From NCBI GenBank assembly GCA_026417135.1, contig JAOADV010000004.1, positions 814 through 64,813 on the forward strand: a stretch of DNA of 64,000 bases, written 5' to 3'. Below the pieces are notes generated by a model, which was not told the DNA's origin, searched no databases, and saw nothing but the letters and a program-made list of their open reading frames with translations. Made by a program: the position numbers and the translations under genes. Each line of letters opens with the position of its first letter. Positions within the stretch are counted from its first letter, which is position 1. Source of the DNA: Ignavibacteria bacterium (GTDB lineage Bacteria; Bacteroidota; Ignavibacteria; Kapaibacteriales; UBA2268). Below, in pieces: positions 49,524 to 59,879 of the stretch.

Positions 49524-50669
49524 ATGATTGAATTTACCTTTACCGAAGAACAAAATATGTTGCGAGAAATGGTTCGCGATTTCGCCACCAACGAATTGAA
49601 ACCCATCGCATCTAAAATTGACGAAGAAGAAGAAATTCCCGAACATATTATTCGTGCTGTTGCAGACCTTGGGTTGCTTGGTGCTCCTTTTCCACCAGAA
49701 TATGGTGGGTCTGGTGTTGGTGAAATCGGATATTGTATTATTCAAGAGGAGATTTCACGGGCTTGTCTTTCGACAGCAACTTTCATAGGCGCCCACGTTT
49801 CAATCGGAACGAATGCGATTTATATCGGCGGATCCGAAGAACAGAAGCAAAAATGGCTCCCAGATTTAACTTCGGGGAAAAAGATAGCAGCTTTCGCTTT
49901 GACAGAGCCTAATGCTGGTTCAGATGCTTTTAATTTGCAAACCAGAGCTTTCCTCGACGGAAATGAGTGGGTAATAGAAGGACAAAAACTTTGGATTACG
50001 AACGGACCCTTTGCCGATGTATTCTCGGTCTTTGCCAGAACGAATTTGGGCATTTCTTTGTTCGTAGTCGAAAAAGGTACCCCGGGATTTTCATCTGGAC
50101 CGCCAGAAAAGAAGATGGGTTTGCGCGGGAGTAAAACTTCCGCTTTGAATTTCGATAGGGTTCGAATACCAAAGGAAAACCTTATTGGTCGGGACGGTAA
50201 AGGTTTTCTTACTGCTATGAAGACGCTCGATGCTGGCAGACTTGGGCTCGGCGCTGCTTGTTTAGGTGCATGCAAAGAGTTGCTCGAAATGAGCACAAAT
50301 TATGCGAAAGAAAGAAAACAATTCGGTCAGCCCATAGCAAGTTTCGAGGCAGTTCAATTTATGTTGGCGGAAATGGCAGCTCTTATATATGAAACCGAAA
50401 GTATTGTTTATAGAACAGCTTGGTTATACGACCGTGGTGAATGTACACCTCGGCTTTCGGCGATTGTAAAACTTGTAAGTTCTAATGCTTTAGATGTTTG
50501 TGTCGACCACGCTATGCAAATTTTCGGTGGGATGGGTTATTCACGTGAACTACCTATCGAACGGTTTTACAGAGATTCAAGGATAAATAGGATATTCGAA
50601 GGGACATCAGAAATTCAAAAATTAGTGATTGCCCGAGACGTCATTAAACGTAATGGAGTTGTAGATTAG
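49524..50669 (+). CDS. acyl-CoA dehydrogenase
   Basis: 381 aa with canonical ACAD N-terminal, middle and C-terminal domains (…AFALTEPNAGSDA…, …RINRIFEGTSEIQ…). Confidence 0.9.
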   Translation: MIEFTFTEEQNMLREMVRDFATNELKPIASKIDEEEEIPEHIIRAVADLGLLGAPFPPEYGGSGVGEIGYCIIQEEISRACLSTATFIGAHVSIGTNAIYIGGSEEQKQKWLPDLTSGKKIAAFALTEPNAGSDAFNLQTRAFLDGNEWVIEGQKLWITNGPFADVFSVFARTNLGISLFVVEKGTPGFSSGPPEKKMGLRGSKTSALNFDRVRIPKENLIGRDGKGFLTAMKTLDAGRLGLGAACLGACKELLEMSTNYAKERKQFGQPIASFEAVQFMLAEMAALIYETESIVYRTAWLYDRGECTPRLSAIVKLVSSNALDVCVDHAMQIFGGMGYSRELPIERFYRDSRINRIFEGTSEIQKLVIARDVIKRNGVVD

Positions 50670-50681
50670 CTTTTATGAAAG

Positions 50682-51248
50682 ATGAGGGTTTTGATATTTT
50701 GCCTAAGTGCAGTATGCTTTTTTGGAATCTCTTGCATTAAGGCTCAAATCGACCCCGTTTTTTTCCAAAAGTATTATTCAATAACCCCAGAACATCAGTA
50801 TATTGGTCAGTTTGCTGGTAAATTTCGCCTTTTGATTTCCTTTCAGCACGATAAGACAGAAGAGTATGCAAAAGGAACAACCAACGCAAGCTTTATTTTA
50901 AACTACCGTATTCTTCAAATTGAAAATAAGGTCGAAACCCAGTCGGGAATTCAGTTTGATTACAATTTCTATCTTGGGTATCACGGAGTTGAAGAAAAGT
51001 TTTTCTTGGTAGGATTCGATAGTTTCACAAACGATTTTATCGCACTTAAAGGAGACTATGACCAAAAGAAACGAGAATTTAATTTTTACGGGAATCGTGA
51101 TGACCCCAAAACAAAGGCAAAAGTAAAAATTAGGATTCGTTTTTGGGTCGAGCGAGAAAATAAATTTTGGATTGAATATTACCGTGAAGTTAAAGGTAAA
51201 GAAAGTTTGGTTTACAAGGCTATGCATATTAAGTTGGTAGAGGAATAA
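50682..51248 (+). CDS. hypothetical lipoprotein
   Basis: 188 aa. Signal peptide with lipobox FGISCIK. No recognisable motifs. Confidence 0.4.
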   Translation: MRVLIFCLSAVCFFGISCIKAQIDPVFFQKYYSITPEHQYIGQFAGKFRLLISFQHDKTEEYAKGTTNASFILNYRILQIENKVETQSGIQFDYNFYLGYHGVEEKFFLVGFDSFTNDFIALKGDYDQKKREFNFYGNRDDPKTKAKVKIRIRFWVERENKFWIEYYREVKGKESLVYKAMHIKLVEE

Positions 51249-51424
51249 GATTTTAGTAATTTTCGTTTTTGTAGCAACTTTTTGTGGCTGTGGAATTAAT
51301 TTAGGCTTTTTGGGGATTGCTCGTATTTTTTTGATAAATAAAGCAAAAGGACCTTTGTGAAATCTTCAATCGACGCAAAAAATGAATTTTTAAACTTGTT
51401 CTTATTTGTTGGTTAAGGGGAACG

Positions 51425-51832
51425 ATGATTCAAAGAGTTATTAAGATGAAAACAGATAAACACAATGGGCTTTATGATATTTCCGATATTGTCCGAAATT
51501 TTGTAAAGGAAAGTAAGTATAGTTGTGGTTTGGTAAATGTTTACGCAAGAGGTGCAACTTGTGCAATTATGATACAAGAAAATTGGGACCAATCGGTTCA
51601 AAACGATGTGATAAGTTTGTTGAAAAAACTTATTCCCAAAGGGGTTTGGCAACACGATTTACAAGACAATAATGGAGACGCACACTTAAAATCTGGGCTA
51701 ATTGGACCAAGTCAAACCATACCTATAATTAATGGGAACTTGGGGCTTTCGACTTGGCAAAGCATTTTCTTTTGTGAATTCGATGGACCAAGAAATAATC
51801 GGGAAATTGTTGTAACTATCTATGGGGAGTAG
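51425..51832 (+). CDS. yjbQ: YjbQ/UPF0047 family protein (secondary thiamine-phosphate synthase-like)
   Basis: ATCAIMIQENWD…DNNGDAHLKSGLIGPSQTIPIINGNLGLSTWQSIFFCEFDGPR is the YjbQ family signature. Confidence 0.8.
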   Translation: MIQRVIKMKTDKHNGLYDISDIVRNFVKESKYSCGLVNVYARGATCAIMIQENWDQSVQNDVISLLKKLIPKGVWQHDLQDNNGDAHLKSGLIGPSQTIPIINGNLGLSTWQSIFFCEFDGPRNNREIVVTIYGE

Positions 51833-51864
51833 TTATATATTCTTTTTTTTAGGTTACGAAATAG

Positions 51865-52335
51865 ATGATAAGCGAACAGCGTAAAATCAAATATGTTTTG
51901 AAGAATAAGAAAGCACTCCACGATTATGAAGTTTTGCAAAAATTCGAGGCTGGAATTGAATTAAAAGGAACAGAAGTAAAATCGATAAGACAAGGAAGGT
52001 GTAACATACAAGACTCATATTGTACTTTTCTTAATCCCAAATCCGACGAGCTCTTTTTAGTAAATTTTAATATTAGTCCTTATGAACAAGCAAGTCATTT
52101 TAACCACGAACCGAGGAGGCCCAGAAAACTACTTCTTCATAAGAATGAATTGCAAAGGCTTAAAGTTGCTCTTGAACAAAAAGGGTTGACCTTGGTCCCG
52201 TTGTCAGTTTATTTTTCCGGTCCTTTCGTGAAGTTCGAAATTGCATTGGTTCGTGGAAAAAAGAAGTACGATAAAAGAGAAAATTTAAGGAAACGAGAAG
52301 TTGAAAAAGAAATAAGTAAAAGGATGAAAGTATGA
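51865..52335 (+). CDS. smpB: SsrA-binding protein
   Basis: NKKALHDYEVLQKFEAGIELKGTEVKSIRQG is the canonical SmpB N-terminal region. It overlaps tyrS by ATGA. Confidence 0.9.
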   Translation: MISEQRKIKYVLKNKKALHDYEVLQKFEAGIELKGTEVKSIRQGRCNIQDSYCTFLNPKSDELFLVNFNISPYEQASHFNHEPRRPRKLLLHKNELQRLKVALEQKGLTLVPLSVYFSGPFVKFEIALVRGKKKYDKRENLRKREVEKEISKRMKV

Positions 52336-53576
52336 GTAATGAAATAAAATTTCCACCAGTTTACGAGCAATTAGAAGTAATTAAATCTTTTGCTGTTGAA
52401 GTTTTCCCCGAAGAGGAGCTTGTTCAGAAATTAGAGAAGTCGTATAAAACGAAGCGACCTTTAAATGTGAAATTAGGTTGCGACCCAAGTAAGCCAGATT
52501 TACATTTGGGGCATTCGGTGGTGCTTCGCAAACTTCGTCAATTTCAAGATTTAGGGCACAAAGCCATTCTTATAGTCGGCGATTTCACTGCTATGATTGG
52601 GGACCCTTCGGGACGAAGTAAAACTCGCCCGCCTTTGACAATGGAAGAAACGAGAATTAATGGCAAAACCTATCTCGAACAAGCGACAAAGATTCTTTCG
52701 AAGGAAAATTTGGAAATTCGTTTCAATTCGGAGTGGCTTGGAAATATGCATTTCTCGGATGTAATTAGTCTGGCATCCAAATATACTGTGGCTCAAATAT
52801 TAGAACGAGATGATTTTTCGCAAAGGTTCCAAAAAGGATTTCCAATAAGCATTCACGAATTGTTGTATCCACTCGCCCAAGCAATGGATTCTGTTGCTAT
52901 TCATTCAGATGTTGAACTTGGAGGAACCGACCAAAAGTTTAATCTTATCGTCGGGCGTGAGATTCAAAAAGCATATGAACAAGAACCTCAATGCATAGTT
53001 CTTATGCCTATCCTCGAAGGTATCGATGGGAACGAAAAGATGAGCAAGTCTCTTGGAAATTACATTGCCCTAACGGATTCGCCAAGAGATATGTTTGGAA
53101 AAATTATGTCAATCCCAGATGAATTGATTGTGAAATATTTCAAATTGGGGGTTTTTCCCGAAGAAAATGAATTAGAAAACTTCGAAGAAAGTTTAAAAAG
53201 TGGCAAGCTTCATCCAAGAGTTGCCAAAGCTGAAGTAGCTAAAAGAGTTGTCGAGTTTTATTATGGTCGTGAAATTGCTGAAAAGTCTTCCGAAGAGTTC
53301 GATAAAATTTTCGCGAAAAAAGAAATTCCCGATGACATTGAATTAGTAGTTTTAGATAAAAATAAAATAACTTTGCCAATAGTGGATGTTCTTTACGAAA
53401 CTGGTTTGTCAGCTTCGAAGAAAGAAGCGCGAAGAATGATAGAGCAAGGCGGAGTTTACTTGGATGGGGTACGAGTTTCTGATATTAATGCAGAAGCCGA
53501 CTTTTCGGTTAGAAAATTAATTAAATATGGAAAACGAAAATTCCTTTTTATCGAAGTTAATACATTAAATAAGTAG
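52332..53576 (+). CDS. tyrS: tyrosine--tRNA ligase
   Basis: HLGH (HIGH motif) and KMSKS are present. The C-terminal S4-like domain has GGVYLDGVRV. Confidence 0.9.
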   Translation: MSNEIKFPPVYEQLEVIKSFAVEVFPEEELVQKLEKSYKTKRPLNVKLGCDPSKPDLHLGHSVVLRKLRQFQDLGHKAILIVGDFTAMIGDPSGRSKTRPPLTMEETRINGKTYLEQATKILSKENLEIRFNSEWLGNMHFSDVISLASKYTVAQILERDDFSQRFQKGFPISIHELLYPLAQAMDSVAIHSDVELGGTDQKFNLIVGREIQKAYEQEPQCIVLMPILEGIDGNEKMSKSLGNYIALTDSPRDMFGKIMSIPDELIVKYFKLGVFPEENELENFEESLKSGKLHPRVAKAEVAKRVVEFYYGREIAEKSSEEFDKIFAKKEIPDDIELVVLDKNKITLPIVDVLYETGLSASKKEARRMIEQGGVYLDGVRVSDINAEADFSVRKLIKYGKRKFLFIEVNTLNK

Positions 53577-53583
53577 TTGAAAA

Positions 53584-55467
53584 GTGGAAACAATAGTTGA
53601 ATTTATTAAAAAAGTTGAAATATTCAAAGACTTGGATGTCGAAGAACTTGCTGCTTTGCTTAAGCGTTTGGAAATAATTACTTACGATGAAAATGAATAT
53701 TTGTTTATGGAAAATTCCCCACGAAGGGGAATGTATATTGTTTGGGAAGGTAAAGTTGAATTATATAAAAATTCACCTTTTGGCGAACCGAAGAAGTTAA
53801 CATCTTTCAGCAAATACGATTTCCTTTCCGAAGGTGCTTTGCTCGACGATTATCCTCATTCAACTAATGCCATTGCGAAGGAACCAACCAAAATGGTGTT
53901 TTTGAGTAAAACTAATTTCGATAGTTTCATTAGAGAATCCCCCGAAGTTGCATCTAAAATCATTTCTCAGATTAGCAGAGTTATTTCCCGAAGAATGCGA
54001 CAAGCTGCGAATCAAGTTGTGAATGCGGCTGCGCAATATATTTCCGGAAGAGTAAGAATCGAAAAGGATTTACTTGGCGAAAGAGAAGTTCCATACGAAT
54101 TTTACTATGGAATTCAAACATTGCGTGCCTTGGAAAATTTTCCAATTACTGGAATACCAATTAGTCATTTTCCCGATTTAATTGTTGCCTTGGCGCAAGT
54201 TAAATATGCTTGTGCGTTAGCTAATTACCATTTAGGTTTTCTTCCAGAAAACATTAAGAACGCTATTGTTCAAGCTTGTCAAGAAATTATTGATGGACGT
54301 TTTCATATTTACTTCGTTGTGGATATGATTCAGGGCGGAGCTGGCACTTCGACAAATATGAATGCTAACGAAGTCATTGCAAATCGGGCGCTCGAAATTT
54401 TGGGTTACGAGCGAGGGCAATACCAGTACTGTCATCCAAACAATCACGTTAATTTATCGCAATCCACAAACGACGTTTATCCGACTGCATTAAAGATTGC
54501 ATTCATCAATTTAGGGCGTAAATTGGAGTCGGTTTTACAAGATTTAATCGATTCTTTTCACGCAAAAGCTTTGCAGTTTTCCAATATTATCAAGATTGGG
54601 CGGACTCAATTGCAAGACGCAGTGCCAATGACTCTTGGTCAGGAGTTCGAAGCATTTGCTGTTACTCTGGAGCAAGAGAAGGAGCGCATAAATCATAATA
54701 TGGAGCTTTTATTCGAGATAAATCTTGGGGGGACTGCTATTGGAACTGGTATCAACACACATCCTCGTTACAGAAATTTGGCACTCGAGTATTTGCGAGA
54801 AATTACTGGGCTTCCGTTGAAGCTTGCCGAAAATCTTGTCGAAGCAACACAAGATACTGGAGCATTTGTTTTATTCTCTTCGTCGATAAAGGCTCTTGCT
54901 ATTAAACTTTCCAAAATAGCAAACGATTTGCGGCTTTTGAGTTCTGGACCGAGAGCTGGATTGAACGAGATTAATTTACCAAAGATGCAACCCGGTTCGT
55001 CGATTATGCCCGGGAAAGTAAACCCCGTGATACCGGAAGTTGTAAATCAAGTTGCTTTTAAAGTTATTGGAAATGATTTAACTGTTACCCTTGCTGCAGA
55101 AGCTGGGCAATTACAATTAAATGTTTTCGAACCAGTAATAGCACAAAGTATTTTTGAATCTATCGAAATGTTGATAAGTGGAATTGTAACCTTTAACGAA
55201 AAATGTGTCAAAGGGATTACTGCAAATGAAAAACAATGTCGCGCTTATGTTGAAAAATCGCTTGGGATTGTTACTGCATTAAATGAATATCTTGGTTACG
55301 AGGTAACATCTCAGCTTGCAAAGGAATCTTTGGAAACTGGTAAAGGCATTTACGAATTGGTTTTAGAAAAAAAACTTCTCGAAAAGGATAAGTTGGACGA
55401 AATACTCAATCTTGAAAATATGATTCGCCCAAGTCTTAAATCGGATGTTTCGAAGCATAGGGAATAA
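53584..55467 (+). CDS. aspA: aspartate ammonia-lyase fused to an N-terminal cyclic-nucleotide-binding-like (CAP effector) domain
   Basis: GTG start. Residues 1-~150 have a CAP_ED-like beta-roll (VEIFKDLDVEELAALL…YLFMENSPRRGMYIVWEGKVELYK…FLSEGALLD). Residues ~160-627 are a class II fumarase/aspartase with GGAGTSTNMNANEVIANRALE (AspA-like) and the lyase signature GSSIMPGKVNPVIPE. Confidence 0.8.
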   Translation: METIVEFIKKVEIFKDLDVEELAALLKRLEIITYDENEYLFMENSPRRGMYIVWEGKVELYKNSPFGEPKKLTSFSKYDFLSEGALLDDYPHSTNAIAKEPTKMVFLSKTNFDSFIRESPEVASKIISQISRVISRRMRQAANQVVNAAAQYISGRVRIEKDLLGEREVPYEFYYGIQTLRALENFPITGIPISHFPDLIVALAQVKYACALANYHLGFLPENIKNAIVQACQEIIDGRFHIYFVVDMIQGGAGTSTNMNANEVIANRALEILGYERGQYQYCHPNNHVNLSQSTNDVYPTALKIAFINLGRKLESVLQDLIDSFHAKALQFSNIIKIGRTQLQDAVPMTLGQEFEAFAVTLEQEKERINHNMELLFEINLGGTAIGTGINTHPRYRNLALEYLREITGLPLKLAENLVEATQDTGAFVLFSSSIKALAIKLSKIANDLRLLSSGPRAGLNEINLPKMQPGSSIMPGKVNPVIPEVVNQVAFKVIGNDLTVTLAAEAGQLQLNVFEPVIAQSIFESIEMLISGIVTFNEKCVKGITANEKQCRAYVEKSLGIVTALNEYLGYEVTSQLAKESLETGKGIYELVLEKKLLEKDKLDEILNLENMIRPSLKSDVSKHRE

Positions 55468-55468
55468 G

Positions 55469-56368
55469 TTATTTTCTTCTAAAAATAATTCCTTTTGATA
55501 GAAAGTAATCGCCTATTTCGGAGAAAACCACCCCGAAAAGAATAAATAAAGCACCAAGGTATTCGATTAATTTTAAATATTCTTGGAAAATTATGATTGC
55601 AAAAATACTTGCAAAAACTGGTTCGAGAGAAAAAATAAGCGCTGCTTTTACTGGGGTGGAGTATTTTTGCACCCCAGTATGGATTGCTGTTAGTAAAACA
55701 GATGCGATAATACCATTGTAAAGCAACACAATCAAAAGATTGGTATTCGGGGAGAATTTAAATGATTTTAGTTCGAAAGCGAGAAATCCAATCAAGCCTA
55801 TAATCCATACAACTAAGAATTGGGCAATTACCAGTTGGATTGTCTCAGAAAACTTTTCAACGTCCTTTGTAAACTTGTTGATGTAAACTATATAGAAAGC
55901 CCAAAAGAAAGTGGATAGTAGAGTTAAAACATCCCCGATGTTCACGTTGTTAATACCCGGATTAGTGAATAACCATAGACCAACCAAGACAATTAAAACC
56001 CCAACCCATTGATAAATTGAAATTTTATTTTTATCAATCAGCTTATATGCAAAAGGAGTTAGTATAACGAAAAGACCAGAGATGAAGGCAGATTTGGTAA
56101 CTGTTGTGTAGTTCAATCCTAAAGTTTGGAGTGCAAATCCACCAGCGTAAAAAATTCCAAGGATTAATCCATTGCTCAAAATTTTTGGTGTTATGTTGAA
56201 AAAAATTTTATTCCAAAGGATTAAACAAGTAAGTAAAGCTACAAAAAAACGGAGGGAAATCAGTAAAAATGGTGTGGCATACTCTAAACCAATTTTGGTA
56301 AAAGCAAAAGTTCCACCCCAAATTATTGTTATAACCAACAGAAGTAGTTCGGCTTTCCAACTTTTCAT
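55469..56368 (-). CDS. EamA/DMT-family transporter
   Basis: 299 aa with 10 TM helices and two EamA repeats (…LLLLVITIIWGGTFAFTKIGL…). Confidence 0.8.
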   Translation of the reverse strand: MKSWKAELLLLVITIIWGGTFAFTKIGLEYATPFLLISLRFFVALLTCLILWNKIFFNITPKILSNGLILGIFYAGGFALQTLGLNYTTVTKSAFISGLFVILTPFAYKLIDKNKISIYQWVGVLIVLVGLWLFTNPGINNVNIGDVLTLLSTFFWAFYIVYINKFTKDVEKFSETIQLVIAQFLVVWIIGLIGFLAFELKSFKFSPNTNLLIVLLYNGIIASVLLTAIHTGVQKYSTPVKAALIFSLEPVFASIFAIIIFQEYLKLIEYLGALFILFGVVFSEIGDYFLSKGIIFRRK

Positions 56369-56472
56369 TTTTGTGATTTTTAAAAAAATGATAAGAAGTT
56401 TAAAAAAAAGTTTTATTTATTTTGATTTTTGTAGGAAAATTATTTAATTTTGGCTGGGGTAAAAGGGGGGAG

Positions 56473-57231
56473 ATGATAAAAATTTTAACTTTTTTTTCTC
56501 CGAGTAGTTTTTTTCAATTGAATTTACCGCACGATGCAATTTTTGTTGGTGTCGATATTTTGCGGGCGGGGACAACACTTTGTACTGCTTTAGCAAACAA
56601 AGCAAAGGAAGTTGTTCCAGTTGTAAGCTCAGAAGTTGCACTGAGGTTGTATAATCGATTCGACAGAGATAATGTTTTGCTTTGCGGCGAAAGAAATGGA
56701 CAAAAGATAGAAGGATATGCTCTTGGAAATTCTCCATTAGAGTTCACTTCGGAAAAGGTAAATAATAAAACCTTGATTTTAGATACAACAAATGGAAGCA
56801 AAATTTTCGCAAACGGATTGGATTTTCGCTATGCGTTGGTTGGGGCTTTTATTAACTTCACTTCTATATTCAATGTTATAAGCAAAATTATATCTTCGAA
56901 AAATGCGAATATGATTCTTCTTGTTTGTGCGGGGGACAAAGGTGGCTTTTCTTTCGAAGATGCTCTTTTTTGTGGTAGTTTAGCAAAAAAAATTGCAGAA
57001 TCCAGCAATAAATTTGTTTTAGATGATGCAACGAGGGCCTCGATTGACTTATTTGAACTACATAAACCGAATTTATGTGAATTTGTTAAATCCACCTCTC
57101 ACGCGAAAAATTTAATTGCCCTTGGATACGAGGAAGATATTAATTATGCTTTAACAACGGACCTTTTCGCTGTTGTTCCAATTTCTAACGGTGTTTCCTA
57201 CATCAGCTATAGGCCGAAGGATGGCGAGTGA
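56473..57231 (+). CDS. 2-phosphosulfolactate phosphatase (ComB) family protein
   Basis: VGVDILRAGTTLCTAL…LLCGERNGQKIEGYALGNSPLEF…LDTTNGSKIF are ComB-family motifs. The start was chosen at MIKILTFF (56473), which follows AAAAGGGGGG, not the ORF-track start at 56422. Confidence 0.7.
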   Translation: MIKILTFFSPSSFFQLNLPHDAIFVGVDILRAGTTLCTALANKAKEVVPVVSSEVALRLYNRFDRDNVLLCGERNGQKIEGYALGNSPLEFTSEKVNNKTLILDTTNGSKIFANGLDFRYALVGAFINFTSIFNVISKIISSKNANMILLVCAGDKGGFSFEDALFCGSLAKKIAESSNKFVLDDATRASIDLFELHKPNLCEFVKSTSHAKNLIALGYEEDINYALTTDLFAVVPISNGVSYISYRPKDGE

Positions 57232-59815
57232 AAAGGATAAGGTAGAAATTCAATATAGAAGAAAGAGAAAGAGCTCTTTCCAAGAACCACAAACTCAAAA
57301 TGATTCTGCGGAAGAGCTTCGCAAACAAATAGAAGAAAAATATTTTAATCGATTGAAGATTATTTCAATTTTAGTTTTGATTTTTTCATTCTTTGCTGTT
57401 TTATCAATTTTATCTTACTCTCCAAAAGATGAGTTCATTTATTCCTTTTCTTTTAAGGATGTTCTGGGTTTAATAACTGGCGATGAATCGGCTATTCAAA
57501 AAGCGAAATCCGTGTCTAATTTACTAGGTCCTTTTGGTGCGGTTGTGGCAAATTTTTTTATCAAAGCTACTATTGGTTACTTTTCTGTAATTTTCCCTAT
57601 TCTTGCAATTCTTTGGTCGTTAAAGATTATTCTTACTAAGTCGTTCAGTGGACCTTTGGCAAAAAGGACACTCTTTGCGGTCATTGGTTTGGTAGCAGTT
57701 GCCTCATTTTTAGAAAGCTTAAACTTGCTTTTTGCTTTGAAAATTCCTTATTTCTGGATTGGTTCTTTGGGTTATTCTATTTCTAATGTTTTATCGAACA
57801 TCTTTGGTAATCTTGGAGCTCTTTTAATACCAATTTTTACCATATTTTTTGCTATCATATTTACCATTGAAGTAAAGATAGAAAATTTTTTTCTTGCTTG
57901 CAACGATGGATTAAAAAAAATTCTTGGAAAGTTAAGGGAACTGAGGGTCAAGAGACAAAACGAAAATATCGAGAAAGAGACTCAAGCGAAAGGAAATTTA
58001 AGTGAATCAATTCCAGCATTGGATGAAGATATCGAAACTGGCCGCATATTAATCCAAAATATTAGCAAGAATGAAAATGGAAGTGAGTTCATAGACAAGC
58101 CTGATTCGACTAATTCTATTATTCGAAAAGACTTTTCAAGCGAAAATTTAGAAAAAGAAAACTACATTGCACCATTGGTGGAAAGAGAAAATCGTTCCGA
58201 CGATATTGAACAAGACTTGGAAAGTAATGAGAATGATAGGAAGCTTGTAGTAATAGTCGAACAAGAAGAAGAAGATGTCGTCGATGGGAAAAAATCAGCT
58301 TTTAGCCCTTTGTCGACTATTACCCTTGATGAAAAAATAAATTACACACCACCACCAATTGATTTACTTATCGACGATGAAAGCAAGTTTCAAATAAACG
58401 AGGAGGAGTTAAAACAAAATGCTCGAACCTTACAAGAAAAGCTCGAAACTTTTAAAATTTACATCGAAAATTTAACGGTAACTCCCGGACCCGTGGTTAC
58501 GTTATTTGAATTTGTTCCAGCACCAGGAATTAAAATTAGTCGAATTCAAAGTCTTGCCGATGATATTGCTTTAGGATTGAAAGCAAAGGGAATAAGAATT
58601 ATCGCACCTGTGCCCGGTAAAGGGACGGTCGGAATAGAAATGCCAAACAGAAAGCCATTGGTTGTTAGATTTGGAAATTGTTTGAAAAATGCGCGAATAC
58701 CTCCTAACTTTAAGTTACCGATAATTCTCGGGAAAACAATTTCGGGCGAAGTGTATGTGGACGACCTTACAAAGATGCCCCACCTTTTGATTGCAGGGGC
58801 CACAGGCTCTGGCAAAAGTGTTGGCATAAATACAATTATCGTATCCTTGATATATAAAATGTCGCCGCAAAATTTGAAGTTTGTTATCATCGACCCCAAA
58901 AAGGTTGAACTTTCGCAGTATCAACAACTTTTGTATCATTACCTTGCAGTTTCTACTGAAATCGAGGATGCGATTATTACTGAACCACACGATGCTGTGC
59001 ATATTCTTAAATCTCTTGTGGCGGAAATGCAAATAAGATATGATATTCTTGCATCAGTTAATCAAAAGAACATCGCGGAATATAATAAAAAGGTCAAGGA
59101 TGGTGTTTTCAAAAATGAGACCGAATTCGAGCATCGACCTTTACCGTACATAATTGTAGTAATTGATGAATTAGCCGATTTGATGCTAACGGCTGGAAAA
59201 GAAATTGAAACTTTGATAATACGACTTGCGCAGCTTGCTCGAGCAGTTGGAATACATTTGGTTGTAGCAACTCAAAGACCTTCGGTTGATATCATTACTG
59301 GGTTGATAAAAGCAAATTTCCCGGCAAGGATTGCTTACCTTGTTGCTTCGCGGGTGGATTCGCGAACTATAATAGATACAATTGGTGCGGAACAACTTCT
59401 TGGTAGTGGCGATATGCTTTTTCTTCCTAATGGAAGTCCCACTCCGATTAGATTACAAAATGCATTTCTGACTACCGAAGAAATCGAAAGAATTTGCGAT
59501 TACATCGGCAACCAGAAAGGTTTTTCTAAGCCTTACTATTTGCCAGCAATTGACGATGGAAAAGGTGCAAAGGAGCTGGTTCGTGAAGGTTTCGACCCAC
59601 TTTTTGCCGAAGCTGCTAGGCTAATCGTTCGATATCAGCAAGCTTCCGTTTCGATGTTACAAAGACGGCTTAAAGTTGGCTACAATCGTGCTGGTCGGAT
59701 TATGGATGAGTTGGAAATCGCTGGTATTGTTGGTCCATTCGATGGAAGCAAAGGTCGAACAATTAAAATTAAAACAGAAGAAGAGTTAAACGATATGCTA
59801 AGTAAGTTCGAGTAA
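57221..59815 (+). CDS. ftsK: DNA translocase FtsK/SpoIIIE
   Basis: N-terminal 4-5 TM helices, a long acidic/low-complexity linker, and the motor domain with Walker A LLIAGATGSGKSVGIN. The C-terminal gamma winged-helix domain follows. Start chosen at MASEKDK (57221), overlapping the ComB-like stop by 11 nt; the ORF-track start is 57173. Confidence 0.9.
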   Translation: MASEKDKVEIQYRRKRKSSFQEPQTQNDSAEELRKQIEEKYFNRLKIISILVLIFSFFAVLSILSYSPKDEFIYSFSFKDVLGLITGDESAIQKAKSVSNLLGPFGAVVANFFIKATIGYFSVIFPILAILWSLKIILTKSFSGPLAKRTLFAVIGLVAVASFLESLNLLFALKIPYFWIGSLGYSISNVLSNIFGNLGALLIPIFTIFFAIIFTIEVKIENFFLACNDGLKKILGKLRELRVKRQNENIEKETQAKGNLSESIPALDEDIETGRILIQNISKNENGSEFIDKPDSTNSIIRKDFSSENLEKENYIAPLVERENRSDDIEQDLESNENDRKLVVIVEQEEEDVVDGKKSAFSPLSTITLDEKINYTPPPIDLLIDDESKFQINEEELKQNARTLQEKLETFKIYIENLTVTPGPVVTLFEFVPAPGIKISRIQSLADDIALGLKAKGIRIIAPVPGKGTVGIEMPNRKPLVVRFGNCLKNARIPPNFKLPIILGKTISGEVYVDDLTKMPHLLIAGATGSGKSVGINTIIVSLIYKMSPQNLKFVIIDPKKVELSQYQQLLYHYLAVSTEIEDAIITEPHDAVHILKSLVAEMQIRYDILASVNQKNIAEYNKKVKDGVFKNETEFEHRPLPYIIVVIDELADLMLTAGKEIETLIIRLAQLARAVGIHLVVATQRPSVDIITGLIKANFPARIAYLVASRVDSRTIIDTIGAEQLLGSGDMLFLPNGSPTPIRLQNAFLTTEEIERICDYIGNQKGFSKPYYLPAIDDGKGAKELVREGFDPLFAEAARLIVRYQQASVSMLQRRLKVGYNRAGRIMDELEIAGIVGPFDGSKGRTIKIKTEEELNDMLSKFE

Positions 59816-59879
59816 GAAATAATTGAATTTTATTAATTCGATAAATTCGTAAGCTACTTTAATAAAATTTTTTCGAATA

